Source of the DNA: Chloroflexi bacterium RBG_16_70_13 | GTDB lineage: Bacteria > Chloroflexota > Limnocylindria > Limnocylindrales > CSP1-4 | Assembly: GCA_001795245.1 (NCBI GenBank) | Contig: MGOD01000043.1 | Location: forward strand, 78,724-103,342 | DNA length: 24,619 bases | Reading direction: 5' to 3' | Shown here: one piece after another, positions 24,082-24,619 of the stretch | How positions within the stretch are numbered: the first letter of the stretch is position 1 | How the letters are laid out: every line of letters starts with the position of its first letter | Program-made: the position numbers and the translations under genes | Notes under the pieces: generated by a model | Database searches by the model: none | What the model saw: only the letters and a program-made list of their open reading frames with translations | Told to the model about the DNA's origin: nothing

Positions 24082-24619
24082 TCAGTCGGCGGGGGCCGCC
24101 TCGGTGGCCATCGCCTGCTCGACGACGGCATCGACGTCGCGATGGAGCGCCGCCCGGTCGCGGGTGAGCTTCTCCGCCCGGGCCTTGATGCCGAGCATCT
24201 GGCGCTGGGTCATGACGAAGACGCCGAAGCCGAGGACCGGGGCCAGGAAGCGCGATGCCGGCGTGCCGCCGTCCATCCGGACCCGGAACCGCTCGATGAG
24301 CCGGGTCCGCCCACCGTCGAGCGGCTCGAGGGCGAAGATCCAGGCCGCGGTGAACTGGGGCGGCGTCGCCGTCTCGAGGAACCGTCCCGAGACCGCCAGG
24401 CCGGGCGCCTGGGTCGCGGGAACCGGCGCCTCCTTCCGCGTCGCGAGGACCTCCGGGTCGATGTAGAGGACGAGCGCCTGCCCGGGCTCCACGACCTTCA
24501 CGACGAAGCCGCCGCCGGGATCGGTCGGCACGATGTCCCCGACCGCGATGGACTGGTGCTCGGGCAGGATGGCGTCCGAGCTCGCGCCCTTCATGTCGAT
24601 GGCGTCGTAGCTGTACCAG
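24082..24619 (-). CDS. Conserved hypothetical protein, SRPBCC/Bet v1-like fold suspected; 5' end runs off the right edge
   Basis: The frame stays open past the track's Met to the edge: WYSYDAIDMKGASSDAILPEHQSIAVGDIVP..FVVKVVEPGQALVL..AWIFALEPLDGGRTRLIERFR..GFGVFVMTQRQMLGIKARAE. Confidence 0.7.
   Translation of the reverse strand, partial: WYSYDAIDMKGASSDAILPEHQSIAVGDIVPTDPGGGFVVKVVEPGQALVLYIDPEVLATRKEAPVPATQAPGLAVSGRFLETATPPQFTAAWIFALEPLDGGRTRLIERFRVRMDGGTPASRFLAPVLGFGVFVMTQRQMLGIKARAEKLTRDRAALHRDVDAVVEQAMATEAAPAD

Noticed and set aside
1-24619. tRNA/rRNA genes, CRISPR arrays, IS elements, integrases
   Set aside because: No cloverleaf, repeat-spacer array, transposase or recombinase motif was found, and intergenic gaps are short and mostly accounted for.

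Overview
High-GC (~70%) bacterial chromosomal segment. Gene content and style would fit a high-GC Chloroflexota or Actinomycetota genome, but this is inference only. About 20 real genes, most on the minus strand; most long ORFs in the supplied track are antisense or out-of-frame shadows. Left to right: (i) a hydantoinase A/oxoprolinase-family gene (runs off the left edge, missing from the ORF track) preceded by an APC permease, both divergent from a stand-alone nucleotidyltransferase across overlapping -10 boxes; (ii) dnaE with a long low-complexity insert; (iii) a nucleoside-scavenging locus: BMP lipoprotein/CUT2 ABC importer, nucleoside hydrolase and SGNH hydrolase on the minus strand, divergent from CoA-binding protein, an unassigned protein, PfkB kinase and DeoD-type phosphorylase; (iv) an atypical Cys/Met-metabolism PLP enzyme; (v) a coupled run of DMP19/DUF4375-like acidic protein, class I/II aminotransferase, gatB and a small membrane protein; (vi) a partial conserved hypothetical gene at the right edge. 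No tRNA, rRNA, CRISPR array, transposase or integrase was seen. Best leads: a hidden lipoprotein signal peptide with no canonical start codon upstream of the SGNH gene, the unassigned protein embedded in the nucleoside locus, the orphan nucleotidyltransferase, a DNA-mimic-like gene heading the gatB run, a codon-usage mosaic inside gatB, and a PLP enzyme lacking the conserved active-site Tyr.
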